Assembly: GCA_013239625.1 (NCBI GenBank)
Contig: MU053816.1
Location: 3,363 to 43,315, forward strand
DNA: 39,953 nucleotides
Direction: 5' to 3'
Source of the DNA: Lama guanicoe
Taxonomy: Eukaryota
A program made the position numbers and the translations under genes. Shown here one piece after another: positions 37,691 to 39,953 of this stretch. The notes beneath the pieces are model-generated. The model was not told the DNA's origin and made no database searches. It was given only the letters and a program-made list of their open reading frames with translations. Every line of letters starts with the position of its first letter. Within the stretch, counting starts at the first letter, position 1.

Positions 37691-37874
37691 CATACTCTAT
37701 TCTTTCATAGTAATTTCAAATTCATTTTATTTCCTCTAAGCCTATTAAGGTAGAAAAGTCTTATTTCCCTTGTTTTCTCCCAAGAGCCTAACAGAATGTT
37801 TGCCTGTGTTCTCAGTGACTGTTAGAGGAATAATGGATCACACAGACATCCTTGGGAAGTAGCTTAAGGGGAGG

Positions 37875-38183
37875 TTCTGTGGTCTGAACGCAGCCTCAGA
37901 ATTCGTATGTTGAAATTCTACTGCCTGATGTGATGGTACGAGTAGGTGGGACCTTTGGGAGGCCCCAAAGCCATGAGGGCGTGGAGCCCAGGGGCCGCAG
38001 GGAGCTCCCAGCCCCCCCCACCGTGTGAGGGCGCGGTGAGGCAGGGAGGGGCCCTCGGCGAGCCGTGCTGGCGCCTTAACCTTGGGCTTCCCGGCTCCCA
38101 CAACTGTGAGCAACACGTTTCTGTTGTTAATAATCTGCTTAGTCTGTGACATTTTGTTACAGCAGCCCTAACAAACCAAGACG
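37875..38183 (+). mobile_element. MaLR solo LTR (MLT1A-like)
   Basis: TGGTCTGAACG...AATTCGTATGTTGAAAT...GGTGGGACCTTTGGGAGG...ATTTTGTTACAGCAGCCCTAACAAACCAAGAC. Confidence 0.85.
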
Positions 38184-38509
38184 TGGAGGGAGCAGCAAAA
38201 TTAATGTGTGTTCCAAGCTGGAGAAAGAAAGGGTTGGGGCAGAGGAGGAGCAGTCCTCTGAGGGAGAGTCTGGTGCCTGCAGAAAAGGACAGAGAAGTAG
38301 GTCTGCAGACTGTGAAAGGAGGAGGCACTCGGGATTGGGCCCCAAGGTGGTTAACACGAGGGCCAAACCTAAAGCAACATTCTGTTAAGAGTGTGAGGAG
38401 GTAAAAGTCATGACAAGCAGGTGTCAGGACTAGAGCTATTCATGGGCTCACCTGGCTCGAGAGTGGTTCGTGTTCCTCAGCTCCACGCAGTTGAGAGTCT
38501 TCGGTGATA

Positions 38510-38695
38510 TAAATTCAGTGCCTGGCCACCCCCAATACATGACACGCACTCTCAATCCATTATTTTTGACTCTCAAAAATAACCCTTCAAGACAGGGATT
38601 ATTGTTACCCACCTTTTGCAGGTGAGGAATATGAAGCTCAGGGAGTTGAGACATCTCCCTCAGGGCCACAGAGCTAAGTGCTGGAAACAGTATTT
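38510..38695 (-). mobile_element. MIR SINE
   Basis: ATTATTGTTACCCACCTTTTGCAGGTGAGGAATATGAAGCTCAGGGAG. Confidence 0.75.
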
Positions 38696-39463
38696 AAATT
38701 GATTTCTCACCCTTGCAGTTCCCACGGTCGACGGGGGGGTGGGGGTGGGGGCTCGGAAAGAAGGAAGAGTGGTTGAGACCTGGGGATGCAGTGAGGGATG
38801 GTGGTGAGGTGGGCAGCGGCACAACCAGGTTCTGTGAGGCTGAAGGTTTTACAATTGTGGGGGGGGGACTCTTAAGAAAAAAATACAAAAGTATGTATAA
38901 AATTGCCTATTTAGATGTTTATTTAGGATGAAAAAATAAATTGGAACAGATTATTGATGCTTTGGAGACTCAGAATGCTTTCTTCTGCTTCTTTTCTGGC
39001 AGTTTGGTGGAATTGCTCACATCGAAATGCTCTCTGATGGCTTTGCCTCCCCACCTGGACCCCTGGGCAGCGCCCAGCACCACCAGAGACCCATGGGTGA
39101 GGGGCCCTGAGGCTGAAGCTCCCTGAGCCGCACCATGACTCACCTTTGGAGGTGACCAGGGTGTGGGGTGAGAAACTAGGCAGAGAGCAGAGATGGGCTA
39201 TAGGGATCAAGAGAAGGAGGCGGATACTACGTGTTTCCAGTTAAAAAAGTGAAGGGGGTGGGAAGACAGTGTGAGGAGAAAGGTTTTGTCTTAAAGACCC
39301 TGAAAAAAAAATTGCTCCACGTAGATGAGCAGGTGTGGTGCTGGAGAGGCCCGCTATCTTGTCTGTCGTGTCAAGGACGTGGTTTAATGAAAGGGGCAGC
39401 TGGAAACTTTACGTTTTGAAAGCGAAATGGTCTATCAGCAACCAAACATTTTTAATGTTTTAG

Positions 39464-39538
39464 GTGTGTGTGTGTGTGCGCACACTTGTGAGAGAGGGAA
39501 AGGGGGAGGGGGAGAGAGAGGAGAGGAGAGGAGAGAGT
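39464..39538 (+). repeat. (TG)n followed by a GA-rich purine tract
   Basis: Read directly from the sequence. Confidence 0.85.
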
Positions 39539-39953
39539 TTTTAAGCAAACCAGGCTTCAATCTCAATATTTCTTTTTTCCTTTATAACTTTTTAGATTGG
39601 CTGTTAAATCTTGTTTTAAACTAAATATTAAAAAGACCGTCAAAAAAAAAAAAGACCATTTATACTGATGAAGACAGTTATTCCCGATACCTTTTTACAC
39701 TGATGATTTCTGAAAAACAAGGATGCTATGAGGAAACATCTAGGGCAGATCTCCTTTACGAAGGAGACAGCTGCATATGGTCTCGGCCAAGAAACCTGCT
39801 TCCCTCTGCAGTGCAGCCGCCTTCCCCGCCTGTCTGTGATCTTAATAAATAGGCAGACCCGCGGCGTTCTCTTGGAGACCTGTGGGCTGAGCTGGGGCTG
39901 AAGGGCTGGCGCGCAAGGTGCCTCCCAGACAGGAGAGGGATGAATGCTGGTCC

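Noticed and set aside
1..39953. Assigning a host gene symbol
   Set aside because: There is no coding exon or sequence I can tie to a named gene; a synteny search is needed.

Overview
This is mammalian (eutherian) genomic DNA, probably camelid: it carries three short tRNA-headed SINEs that match the Vic-1 type as I recall it. I find no protein-coding exon that I can support. The only ORF-track peptides with recognisable homology are broken LINE-1 ORF1/ORF2 pieces. Much of the window is layered transposon fossil (L2, MIR, old and younger L1, MaLR/ERV LTRs, MER5), and several nested insertions have readable target-site duplications (TSDs). The unique DNA looks regulatory: a CpG island at about 24.56-25.09 kb, a promoter/enhancer-like block with splice donors at about 17.3-18.6 kb, and motif clusters for ATF4/CEBP, HIF, AP-1, p53/p63 and CTCF. 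The host gene could not be identified. The best finds are (1) a 214-bp insert, in which I recognise no repeat, with a perfect 15-bp TSD and A-tracts at both ends (orphan 3' transduction or retrocopy), (2) an ancient L1 with ORF1 joined directly to a 3' UTR, (3) local AT-to-GC rewriting of old repeats suggesting GC-biased gene conversion, and (4) a paired AARE plus E-box module upstream of the CpG island. I see no evidence for a new multi-gene system. Repeat subfamily names come from memory of consensus sequences, and boundaries without TSDs are approximate.
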